A stretch of DNA of 64,000 nt. Origin: Prevotella sp. Lineage in GTDB: Bacteria; Bacteroidota; Bacteroidia; Bacteroidales; Bacteroidaceae. The stretch is taken from the NCBI GenBank assembly GCA_017389705.1, contig JAFPEE010000225.1:5296-69295 (forward strand). The letters run 5' to 3'. The notes below the pieces were generated by a model. It searched no databases and had not been told where the DNA came from. It saw only the letters and a program-made list of their open reading frames with translations. The position numbers and the translations under genes are program-made. Below are positions 56,856 through 64,000 of the stretch, in pieces; the stretch's first letter is position 1; each line of letters begins with the position of its first letter.

Positions 56856-58539
56856 GACGGTCGAAGTATTCCTTGGGTTGGAATCCCATCTCCTTCTTGA
56901 ACGAGGTAGCAAAGTATTTAGGATCTTTGAATCCTACCCGATAGGCTATGTCGCTGATGCGTAGGTCAGGATTTTCAAGCGCTATCTTACAGGCTGTTTT
57001 TAGGCGAATGTCGCGAATAAAGGATGACACGTTCATTCCCGTAAGTGCACGCAACTTGTTGTAAAGCGTGCTGGCGCTTGCTCCCATGTCAGCGGCAAAC
57101 GCCTCTCGGTCGAAGTCAGAGTCGTCTAGATGCTCGTGTACACAGTTGATGGCTCTTTTCAAAAACTCCTCGTCCATTGTCAGCGGTCTGTTGACCAACT
57201 CTTCCGCATTCTCTGACTCAGGCTGGCTGGTACGACGCACACGCTGGCGGTTCTCAACAATATTATCAATGCGCAACTGTAGGTCTTTCAGCCTGAACGG
57301 CTTGGTAATATAGTCGTCAGCACCAGCTTCCAGGGCTTCTTGATGGTCTTGGGGTTGTGTCTTGGCTGTCAGCAGAATGATAGGCAAATGGCTGAAGTTC
57401 TCGTTTTGTTTGATTTGGCGGGTCAGCTCGAGTCCGTCCATCTCAGGCATCATCACATCAGAAATAATAATGTCTACATCGTTGTCGCGAATAACTTTCA
57501 GCGCCTCTTGGCCATTGATAGCTGTCAGGATGTGATATCGGGGCTGCAACAGCTGTTGCATCAGCATTATCAGCTCGGTGTTGTCCTCTACAATCAGCAC
57601 CCTGTAGGCGTCCTCGTCCGCTGTTTCTGTGGAGGAAATGCTGGTAGGCGCTGTTACGGAAATCTCAGGCAGGTCAATGATATTGCTGATGGGGGCTTTG
57701 AACTCAACCTTGTTCTGCTCGTCAATCTGAGATGCTGCGAAGGCCTCCTTGCCAATAGGCAGGTCGACAATGAATGTAGTACCCTGACCTTCAATGCTTT
57801 TGCACTGAATGGTACCCCTGTGTAGATAAACCAAATCGCGGGTCAGAGAAAGCCCTAATCCCGTACCAAACGTCTGGTTGCGCCGGTAGTCACCATCATA
57901 AAAACGCGAGAACAGGTGTTTCATCTTTTCTTTAGGAATGCCGCTACCGTTGTCGCTGACGCGGATAGTTATGTGGTCGTAGTTGCGATTCGTGGCCACC
58001 TCAAGGGCGACCTTGCCGTTCTCCTGCGTGTATTTGGCTGCATTCGACAGCAAGTTGAAGATAACTTTGTCCAGTTTATCGGTATCTATCCAGCCCATCA
58101 TACTTTCAGGCTTGCAGCTGATGGTGAACTCCAGGCCTTTCCGCTTCATTAGCGGCTCGGTGCAACGAGCTGTCTCGGTAATGTATTTCATGACGTCGCC
58201 TCGGCTTACCAGTAGTTTCAGACTGCCATTCTGCGACTTACTAGTTTCCAGAATCTGCTGGAGCAGGCGCACAGTACGCTGAATGTTCAGCTCCATCAAG
58301 TCATATTCCTGCTTTTCTGCTGGCTGGCTGGTGCGCAAATGCTCTATAGAAGCGGCAAGGATGGTAAGCGGTGTGAGTATTTCATGGGTAATGTTCGTGA
58401 ACAAATAACTCATCTGTAGGCGATTTCTGATGCGCACACTACGCAAATAAAGCCATCTTCCTACCGGAATAATGATGGCCATTAGGCATATGATACCGAT
58501 TAATATTAGTTCTTTATCGTTAAGGTGTAGTAAATTCAT
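56818..58539 (-). CDS. Hybrid histidine kinase/receiver/AraC regulator lacking a periplasmic sensor
   Basis: One TM helix; THEILTPL; NLLSNA.KY; D.G.G; GTGLGL; VEDN; SDVMMP; LTAK; KPF; AraC HTH. Confidence 0.92.
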   Translation of the reverse strand: MNLLHLNDKELILIGIICLMAIIIPVGRWLYLRSVRIRNRLQMSYLFTNITHEILTPLTILAASIEHLRTSQPAEKQEYDLMELNIQRTVRLLQQILETSKSQNGSLKLLVSRGDVMKYITETARCTEPLMKRKGLEFTISCKPESMMGWIDTDKLDKVIFNLLSNAAKYTQENGKVALEVATNRNYDHITIRVSDNGSGIPKEKMKHLFSRFYDGDYRRNQTFGTGLGLSLTRDLVYLHRGTIQCKSIEGQGTTFIVDLPIGKEAFAASQIDEQNKVEFKAPISNIIDLPEISVTAPTSISSTETADEDAYRVLIVEDNTELIMLMQQLLQPRYHILTAINGQEALKVIRDNDVDIIISDVMMPEMDGLELTRQIKQNENFSHLPIILLTAKTQPQDHQEALEAGADDYITKPFRLKDLQLRIDNIVENRQRVRRTSQPESENAEELVNRPLTMDEEFLKRAINCVHEHLDDSDFDREAFAADMGASASTLYNKLRALTGMNVSSFIRDIRLKTACKIALENPDLRISDIAYRVGFKDPKYFATSFKKEMGFQPKEYFDRLRMNTEQSATKP

Positions 58540-58708
58540 GCTGCAAATTTAAGTATTTTCTTCCAAATAACGATATTTTTAGACAAAAAAAGCATGGGAA
58601 TGGTGTATTTTAGTTTGAATTACGTGATTATTGGTTGGATTTTAATTAAATTCACGTTATTTAAACCTTAATTATCGATATGTGAACTCTCTTCTACAAA
58701 TTTTCGCT

Positions 58709-58716
58709 TACCTTTG
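58709..58716 (+). promoter_or_regulatory. Orphan -7 promoter element
   Basis: TACCTTTG(C) with no downstream plus-strand gene. Confidence 0.7.
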
Positions 58717-58721
58717 CATCA

Positions 58722-58871
58722 GAAATAACAACGGATTCTGTTCCGTGCTTGGATTTTAATAGGACGTGAGTCTCCCAAAATTTAAGCGAATAAGTTTTTA
58801 ATGGTTAAGGTTTATGGTTGATTAATTTAGTTTTTTTGTAGAAGAACCTCGCTGGGAAGCGAGGTTCTTTT
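58722..58871 (+). ncRNA. Candidate small RNA (~150 nt)
   Basis: Promoter and terminator bracket an ORF-less U-rich segment; the 5' end is approximate. Confidence 0.55.
58842..58871 (+). terminator. Intrinsic terminator
   Basis: AAGAACCTCGCT-GGGA-AGCGAGGTTCTT followed by further T residues. Confidence 0.85.
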
Positions 58872-58950
58872 AGTATGCCATGATGAGGTGCTGAGGCCAT
58901 TCGTCATGTTTCTTAAAGCAGATGGGGGTATTTTATGTCGATTTGATTCC

Positions 58951-59502
58951 TTATTTCAAGAGTTCCTCAATCTGCTCTGCAATATTGTCAATCTTCTCTG
59001 TAGGCTCGAAACGAGCAACTACCTGTCCCTTCTTATTAATCAGGAACTTGGTGAAGTTCCACTTGATGTCGGTTTTCTGCTTATATTCAGGGTCGGCCTT
59101 GGTAAGCATATCGTCCAAGATGTGGGCAATGGGGTGTTCCATATCCCAACCGGCAAAGCCTTTCTGTTCCTGCAGAAATTTGTAAAGCGGATCAGCTTCT
59201 TCGCCATTGACTTTAATCTTCTTAAAACGCGGGAATTCGGTGCCGAAGTTTAGCTTGCAGAACTCGTGGATGGACTCGTCCGTGCCAGGGGCCTGTTGGC
59301 CGAACTGATTGCAGGGAAAGTCCAGAATCTCAAAACCTTGGCTGTGGTATTTCTTATAAAGGTTTTCCAGCTCGTCGTACTGCGGTGTGAAACCACACTT
59401 CGTTGCGGTGTTGACAATTAACAGTACTTCGTCGGCATATTCCTTTAGAGAAACATCCTTACCCTTTCTGTCCTTGACAGAGAAATCATAAACGGTCTTC
59501 AT
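58951..59502 (-). CDS. Glutathione peroxidase family (Cys type)
   Basis: NTATKCG, FPCNQF and WNFTKFL. Confidence 0.95.
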   Translation of the reverse strand: MKTVYDFSVKDRKGKDVSLKEYADEVLLIVNTATKCGFTPQYDELENLYKKYHSQGFEILDFPCNQFGQQAPGTDESIHEFCKLNFGTEFPRFKKIKVNGEEADPLYKFLQEQKGFAGWDMEHPIAHILDDMLTKADPEYKQKTDIKWNFTKFLINKKGQVVARFEPTEKIDNIAEQIEELLK

Positions 59503-59618
59503 TTGTTTTAATTATTTGTGATAGAATTGGTTTTCGTTTGTAAAATTACAAAAAATCTTTGTGATTACCAAAAGTTTTAGGATTTATTTTAGATTGAGGT
59601 TATGGTTTTTAGCTGATA

Positions 59619-59661
59619 AAGGCGCGACCATAGGCATATGCAACTACCTTGGACGCGCCTT
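59619..59661 (-). terminator. Hairpin downstream of the L31 gene
   Basis: AAGGCGCG...CGCGCCTT stem. Confidence 0.55.
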
Positions 59662-59689
59662 CAAAAAGTCTTGCTAGGCGTGAAATTAT

Positions 59690-59944
59690 TTATTTCTTCG
59701 CAGCCTTACCGTAGCGGCTCATGAACTTATCAACACGACCAGCGGTGTCGACGAGCTTGCTCTTACCAGTGTAGAAGGGGTGAGATGTGCTCGAAATTTC
59801 AATCTTTACCACAGGGTAAGTTTCGCCTTCGAATTCTACGGTGTCGTTAGTCTTTGCGGTAGAACGCGAAAGGAACATATCGCCGTTGGACATGTCCTTA
59901 AACACGACGGGGCGATAGTTTTCTGGATGAATACCTTTTTTCAT
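59690..59944 (-). CDS. rpmE2: 50S ribosomal protein L31 type B
   Basis: [18 protein letters not shown] and GRVDKF; no Zn-binding Cys. Confidence 0.95.
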   Translation of the reverse strand: MKKGIHPENYRPVVFKDMSNGDMFLSRSTAKTNDTVEFEGETYPVVKIEISSTSHPFYTGKSKLVDTAGRVDKFMSRYGKAAKK

Positions 59945-59996
59945 TTTTACTTGTTATTATTAAATATTATTTGATCATTGTGCATAAAAGCGGCTG

Positions 59997-60028
59997 CAAA
60001 GGTACAACTTTTTTTCTGACTGTGCAAA
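59997..60028 (-). promoter_or_regulatory. L31 promoter
   Basis: TTTG plus TACCTTTG, 20-nt spacing. Confidence 0.75.
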
Positions 60029-60139
60029 TTTATCCGATACTTTTTCATATACTTTTTTATAGGCCAAAGCAAATGGTGAGCCGGAAACAGTGTCTGAAGA
60101 AGGTTGAAAAATAGTATTTTCGCCTAAAATGCTCAAAAA

Positions 60140-60171
60140 TTTGGAATCGGCAAAAAAATGTTGTACCTTTG
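60140..60171 (+). promoter_or_regulatory. Promoter of the EEP-UDG-udk unit
   Basis: TTTG plus TACCTTTG, 20-nt spacing. Confidence 0.75.
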
Positions 60172-60190
60172 TGGCCAGAACGAATAAACA

Positions 60191-61246
60191 ATGATAACAA
60201 TGAAAATTAAACAAGCCTTACTATTATTACTGCTTGTAGCAGTTGGGGTGCAGACATCAGATGCACAGCGCTATCAGGTTTATGGAGTGGGTTTTTATAA
60301 TCTAGAGAACCTATTCGACTATCAGCACGACAAGGGTAAGAGCGATTATGAATACCTGCCTGATGGCAGGAATAGGTGGACAAAAATGAGATATCAGCAT
60401 AAGCTGCTCAATATGTCGACAGTTCTTGCTGATATGGGTACCGATTTGTTGCCGGGATTGGGATGTGCGTTGATTGGTGTTGCCGAAGTTGAGAATGCCC
60501 GTTGTTTGCGCGACCTTTGTAACCAACCGAAGCTTAAGCAGCGCAACTTCAAGTACTGCCATATTGAGGGACCTGATCAGCGTGGTATAGACTGCGCTCT
60601 GCTGTATAATCCTAAATTATATAAGGTACGCGAAGTGAAACTGGTTCCCTATATCTATGATAAGGAGGAGGATAAAGGCCATGCTACCCGTGGATTCCTG
60701 ACTGTCAGCGGCACCTTGTCAGGCGAGCATGTTACTGTTATAGTCTGCCATTGGCCCAGTCGTGGCACCATCTCTTATTACCGTGAGTTGGCAGGCCATC
60801 AGGTAAGAGCCCTCAAAGAAAAATTGCAGAAAGAAGATCCGCAGGTAAAAATCATCATTATGGGCGACATGAACGATGATCCTCGTAATCGCTCTATGTC
60901 CGTAGCGCTTGGTGCCAAGCGTGAAATCAACGAAGTAGAGGAGGGCGGGTTGTACAATCCTTGGTGGAAGTTGCATGACAGCGGAACAGGCACCTTGACT
61001 TACAAGAATGCGTGGAATCTGTTTGATCAGATTGTGGTCAGCCAGAACCTGTTGCCAAAAGAAGGCGGCAATGACTATAATACGCTGAAATTCAAAAAAC
61101 ATCAAATATTCCGTCGCGACTACCTGTTCCAGACGGAAGGTCAATATAAAGGGGCCATTAAACGTACTCACGCTGGAGGTGAGTGGCTCGATGGCTATAG
61201 CGACCACCTGCCCACCATTATTTATCTGATGAAGGAGAAGAAATAG
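60191..61246 (+). CDS. Exported endonuclease/exonuclease/phosphatase family protein
   Basis: Signal peptide; FYNLENLFD, EVEN, HWPSR, GDMND, FDQI and YSDHLP. Confidence 0.9.
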   Translation: MITMKIKQALLLLLLVAVGVQTSDAQRYQVYGVGFYNLENLFDYQHDKGKSDYEYLPDGRNRWTKMRYQHKLLNMSTVLADMGTDLLPGLGCALIGVAEVENARCLRDLCNQPKLKQRNFKYCHIEGPDQRGIDCALLYNPKLYKVREVKLVPYIYDKEEDKGHATRGFLTVSGTLSGEHVTVIVCHWPSRGTISYYRELAGHQVRALKEKLQKEDPQVKIIIMGDMNDDPRNRSMSVALGAKREINEVEEGGLYNPWWKLHDSGTGTLTYKNAWNLFDQIVVSQNLLPKEGGNDYNTLKFKKHQIFRRDYLFQTEGQYKGAIKRTHAGGEWLDGYSDHLPTIIYLMKEKK

Positions 61247-61250
61247 CGCT

Positions 61251-61823
61251 ATGGAGGTAGAACGCCATCCTTTACAGCCTTTCCTGCCAGAGGGTACACT
61301 GTTACTGATGCTGGGTTCGTTTCCGCCATCCAGAAAACGCTGGTCAATGGATTTCTTCTATCCGAACTACACCAACGACATGTGGAGGATTTTTGGACTT
61401 TGTTTCTTTGATGACAAGATGTATTTCGTTGATGAGGAACATAAGACCTTCAGGTTGAAAGATATAGAGTTTTTGCTCAAGGAACGTGGTATAGGCATTT
61501 ATGATACGGCAACCGCTGTGGTGCGTACCCAAGGAACGGCTGCCGACAAGGATCTGGAGGTGGTGGAATCAACGGATATGGAAGCGTTGCTAGAGAGAAT
61601 TCCTCATTGCAAGGCCATCGTTACGACAGGCGAGAAGGCTACTAGCGTGTTTTGTGAGCATTTTGCTGTCAAGGCGCCTAAGGTAGGCTCTTTCACGGAG
61701 TTCTCGTTTGGCTCACGGGTGCTTCGGCTCTACCGGATGCCTAGCTCGTCAAGGGCTTATCCGATGAAGGTGGAACGAAAGGCTGCGTATTATCAGCTTA
61801 TGTTTGATGAAATTGTAAAGTAA
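61251..61823 (+). CDS. Uracil-DNA glycosylase superfamily protein
   Basis: HPLQPF, LGSFPP, FFYPN..NDMW and MPSSS. Confidence 0.85.
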   Translation: MEVERHPLQPFLPEGTLLLMLGSFPPSRKRWSMDFFYPNYTNDMWRIFGLCFFDDKMYFVDEEHKTFRLKDIEFLLKERGIGIYDTATAVVRTQGTAADKDLEVVESTDMEALLERIPHCKAIVTTGEKATSVFCEHFAVKAPKVGSFTEFSFGSRVLRLYRMPSSSRAYPMKVERKAAYYQLMFDEIVK

Positions 61824-61842
61824 AATAAAAGTATAAATCGAG

Positions 61843-62457
61843 ATGACGATTATTGGAATAGCAGGCGGGACGGGTTCAGGAAAGACCACCGTCGTCAAAC
61901 AAATTACCGAGGTGTTGCCCGCCCATTGTGCAGCCATAGTTCCGTTGGACTCATACTACAATGATACGACGGGGCTGACGGATGAGGAACGCAAAGCCAT
62001 CAACTTCGACCATCCTGACGCTTTTGACTGGAAATTGCTGACGGAACATATCAAACAGCTAAAAAACGGTCAGGCTATCGAACAACCTACCTATTCGTAT
62101 CTTGTTTCTAACCGTCTGCCTGAGACCGTCCATGTAGAGCCTAAACCTGTCATTATTCTTGAAGGTATCATGACGTTGCATTACAGGAAGTTACGCGATA
62201 TGATGGACCTCAAGATTTTCGTAGAGACAGATGCTGATACACGGCTTATTCGCAACATTCGTCGTGACGTGGTGGAGCGTGGACGTACGGTGGAGATGGT
62301 TTTAGACCGTTATGAAAAGGTACTAAAGCCTATGCATGAACAGTTTATCGAGCCCACCAAGAAGTTTGCCGATCTGATTATTCCATGGGGCCACGAGAAC
62401 AAGACTGGTATTCATATTCTGAAAACTTATATTGAAGGAATTGTAACAAATGTGTGA
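61843..62457 (+). CDS. udk: Uridine kinase
   Basis: GIAGGTGSGKT, NFDHPDAFD, RRDV.ERGR and FIEPTK. Confidence 0.95.
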   Translation: MTIIGIAGGTGSGKTTVVKQITEVLPAHCAAIVPLDSYYNDTTGLTDEERKAINFDHPDAFDWKLLTEHIKQLKNGQAIEQPTYSYLVSNRLPETVHVEPKPVIILEGIMTLHYRKLRDMMDLKIFVETDADTRLIRNIRRDVVERGRTVEMVLDRYEKVLKPMHEQFIEPTKKFADLIIPWGHENKTGIHILKTYIEGIVTNV

Positions 62458-62488
62458 TATTTCTTCATTTTCATCCTAAAACTCCTAT

Positions 62489-62519
62489 AACCCGCCAAAA
62501 TTGAGCGGGTTTTCTTTTT
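62489..62519 (+). terminator. Intrinsic terminator after udk
   Basis: AACCCGC / GCGGGTT stem followed by a T-rich tail. Confidence 0.75.
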
Positions 62520-62537
62520 ATTATAAATAAAAATTAG

Positions 62538-62545
62538 TACCTTTG
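62538..62545 (+). promoter_or_regulatory. -7 promoter element
   Basis: TACCTTTG. Confidence 0.65.
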
Positions 62546-62576
62546 CACCCAAATTTGTAAAAATAGCAACTAAGAA

Positions 62577-63626
62577 ATGGAAAAACAGATGAATTATCTC
62601 GACCGTAACGAGTTTAATTTCGAACCAAGTCCAAAGGTGATAGACGCCATAAAGAATTTTAATCCCAAAGACCTCTGTTTCTACACTCGTATCTACGATC
62701 AGGGCAAGAAGAGTGTCATCAGTGTTCGCCTGAGTGAAATCTACCATGTTCCAGAAGAGCAAGTACTGTTGACCTATGGTGGTGAGGATATGCTGAAGAA
62801 CGCTATCCACTATTTCCTCATGCTAGGTGACAACAAGAAAATTCTTATTCCAGAGTTCTCTTGGTGGTACTACAATCGTGTTGCCTCTGAGTGTGGCGGC
62901 ACCTTTGAGATGTACCCTCTGCACGAGCTGGAGGATACCTTTGCCTACGACGTTGACGAAGTCATTGAGTACACCAACCGTATTCATCCCCGTATGCTAC
63001 TGCTGGCCTCACCCAACAACCCTACGGGAAACTGCCTGACAAGCGAAGAGATAGGTCGTATCATGGAGCATATTCCTGCTGACACAATGGTGCTTATTGA
63101 CGAGGCCTACGCCAGCTTTATTACTACTGATACGGACTATATTGCTCCGCTAGTGAACAAATATAACAACCTGATTATCTCGCGTACCTTGTCTAAGTTC
63201 TATGGCCTGCCTGGCCTGCGTTGTGGATTTGGTTTCATTGGTGCTGGTCACGACCAGTTCCTGAGCTACGTCAACAAGTATTTGGGCTACAATCGCTTCT
63301 CAGAGGCCGTGGCCTTGGCTGCTCTCGATAGCGACGAACATTATCGACATGTAGCCGACGATATGGAGTGGGGACGCCAGCTGTATAAGAAGGAGCTGGG
63401 TTCGCTGCCTGGATTCAAGGTGTATAAGTCGGTGGCTAACTTCATTCTTATCAAGTATCCTGTAGAGATTAAGGAACAGCTGATGGAGGCTCTGAAGATT
63501 CAGGACTATAAGATTAAGTTCATGGGCGACAAGGGTTTGGAGTCGTGCCTGCGTATCACGCTAGGTCGTAAGGAACAGACGCAAACCGTAGTTGACACCA
63601 TTCTCAAGGTAATAGGTAAAAAGTAA
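62577..63626 (+). CDS. PLP-dependent class I/II aminotransferase/decarboxylase (HisC/CobD-like)
   Basis: LDRNE, SPNNPTG, IDEAY and RTLSKFYGLPGLRCG. Confidence 0.88.
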   Translation: MEKQMNYLDRNEFNFEPSPKVIDAIKNFNPKDLCFYTRIYDQGKKSVISVRLSEIYHVPEEQVLLTYGGEDMLKNAIHYFLMLGDNKKILIPEFSWWYYNRVASECGGTFEMYPLHELEDTFAYDVDEVIEYTNRIHPRMLLLASPNNPTGNCLTSEEIGRIMEHIPADTMVLIDEAYASFITTDTDYIAPLVNKYNNLIISRTLSKFYGLPGLRCGFGFIGAGHDQFLSYVNKYLGYNRFSEAVALAALDSDEHYRHVADDMEWGRQLYKKELGSLPGFKVYKSVANFILIKYPVEIKEQLMEALKIQDYKIKFMGDKGLESCLRITLGRKEQTQTVVDTILKVIGKK

Positions 63627-63649
63627 TAATAGAATATTTTGTTACCGCA

Positions 63650-64000
63650 ATGATAGGAGTCATCTTAGCTGCGGGTATGGCCAAGCGCCTGCGTCCGCTG
63701 ACAGATAACAAGCCCAAATGTCTGCTTGAAGTAGGCAGTCGTACATTGTTGGAACGCACTGTCTGTGCAATGCAACAAGCAGGTATCAGCGAGTTTGTGG
63801 TGGTGACGGGTTATTGCGCTGACCAAATCCGTAACTTCCTGAACGATTATTGTCAAAAGCTGGCAGCTGACAGCCAGAAACCTCATTTCACATTTCTTCA
63901 CAATGCCGATTACGAGCATAACAACAACATCTTTTCTTTGTGGATGTCTATGGAGGTTGTGCGTGGCAAGGAGTTCCTGTTGATGGACAGCGACATTCTC
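63650..64000 (+). CDS. NTP transferase, LicC-like cytidylyltransferase (partial, runs off the window)
   Basis: Manual translation MIGVILAAGMAKRLRPLTDNKPKCLL...VVVTGY...NNNIFSL...MDSDIL; absent from the ORF track because there is no stop. Confidence 0.88.
   Translation, partial: MIGVILAAGMAKRLRPLTDNKPKCLLEVGSRTLLERTVCAMQQAGISEFVVVTGYCADQIRNFLNDYCQKLAADSQKPHFTFLHNADYEHNNNIFSLWMSMEVVRGKEFLLMDSDIL

Noticed and set aside
58951-59502. Selenocysteine glutathione peroxidase
   Set aside because: The active-site codon encodes Cys and there is no in-frame TGA
59690-59944. Zn-free L31 as a sign of a zinc-starvation module
   Set aside because: Type B L31 is the usual form in Bacteroidetes, and no Zur-like box was identified

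Overview
Chromosomal window from a Bacteroidales bacterium, most likely Prevotella-like. This is inferred from TAnnTTTG promoters, the tmRNA tag GENKYALAA and the gene repertoire. In order it contains: LptD C-terminus, CPA2 antiporter, pepT and a His-rich TonB receptor; an unusual rhamnose-type operon (nonsense-disrupted MFS, rhaB, a fucose/arabinose-isomerase-family gene instead of rhaA, an AT-rich IolF-like MFS plus a four-helix-bundle gene enclosed by a perfect 34-bp heptamer-built inverted repeat, and rhaD); a deacetylase/DUF2723/YqaA/purD block; a ~470-bp foldback palindrome with 11/22-bp periodic repeats; an AT-rich Wzx/Wzy polysaccharide locus; ssrA; a 20-kb aryl-polyene/flexirubin-like type II PKS operon; then trpB2, an SSS symporter, a sensor-less hybrid two-component regulator with a divergent sRNA candidate, gpx, L31-B, an EEP nuclease, UDG, udk, a PLP enzyme and a partial cytidylyltransferase. 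The most striking unexplained signals are short repeat systems. One is the inverted-repeat-bounded four-helix-bundle cassette. Another is a set of sense-strand AACAGC(T/C) heptamer tracts, some translated. The third is a 29-bp stem-loop element found five times inside PKS-cluster genes and read in all three frames. All product calls come from motif and family recognition only; no database searches were run.
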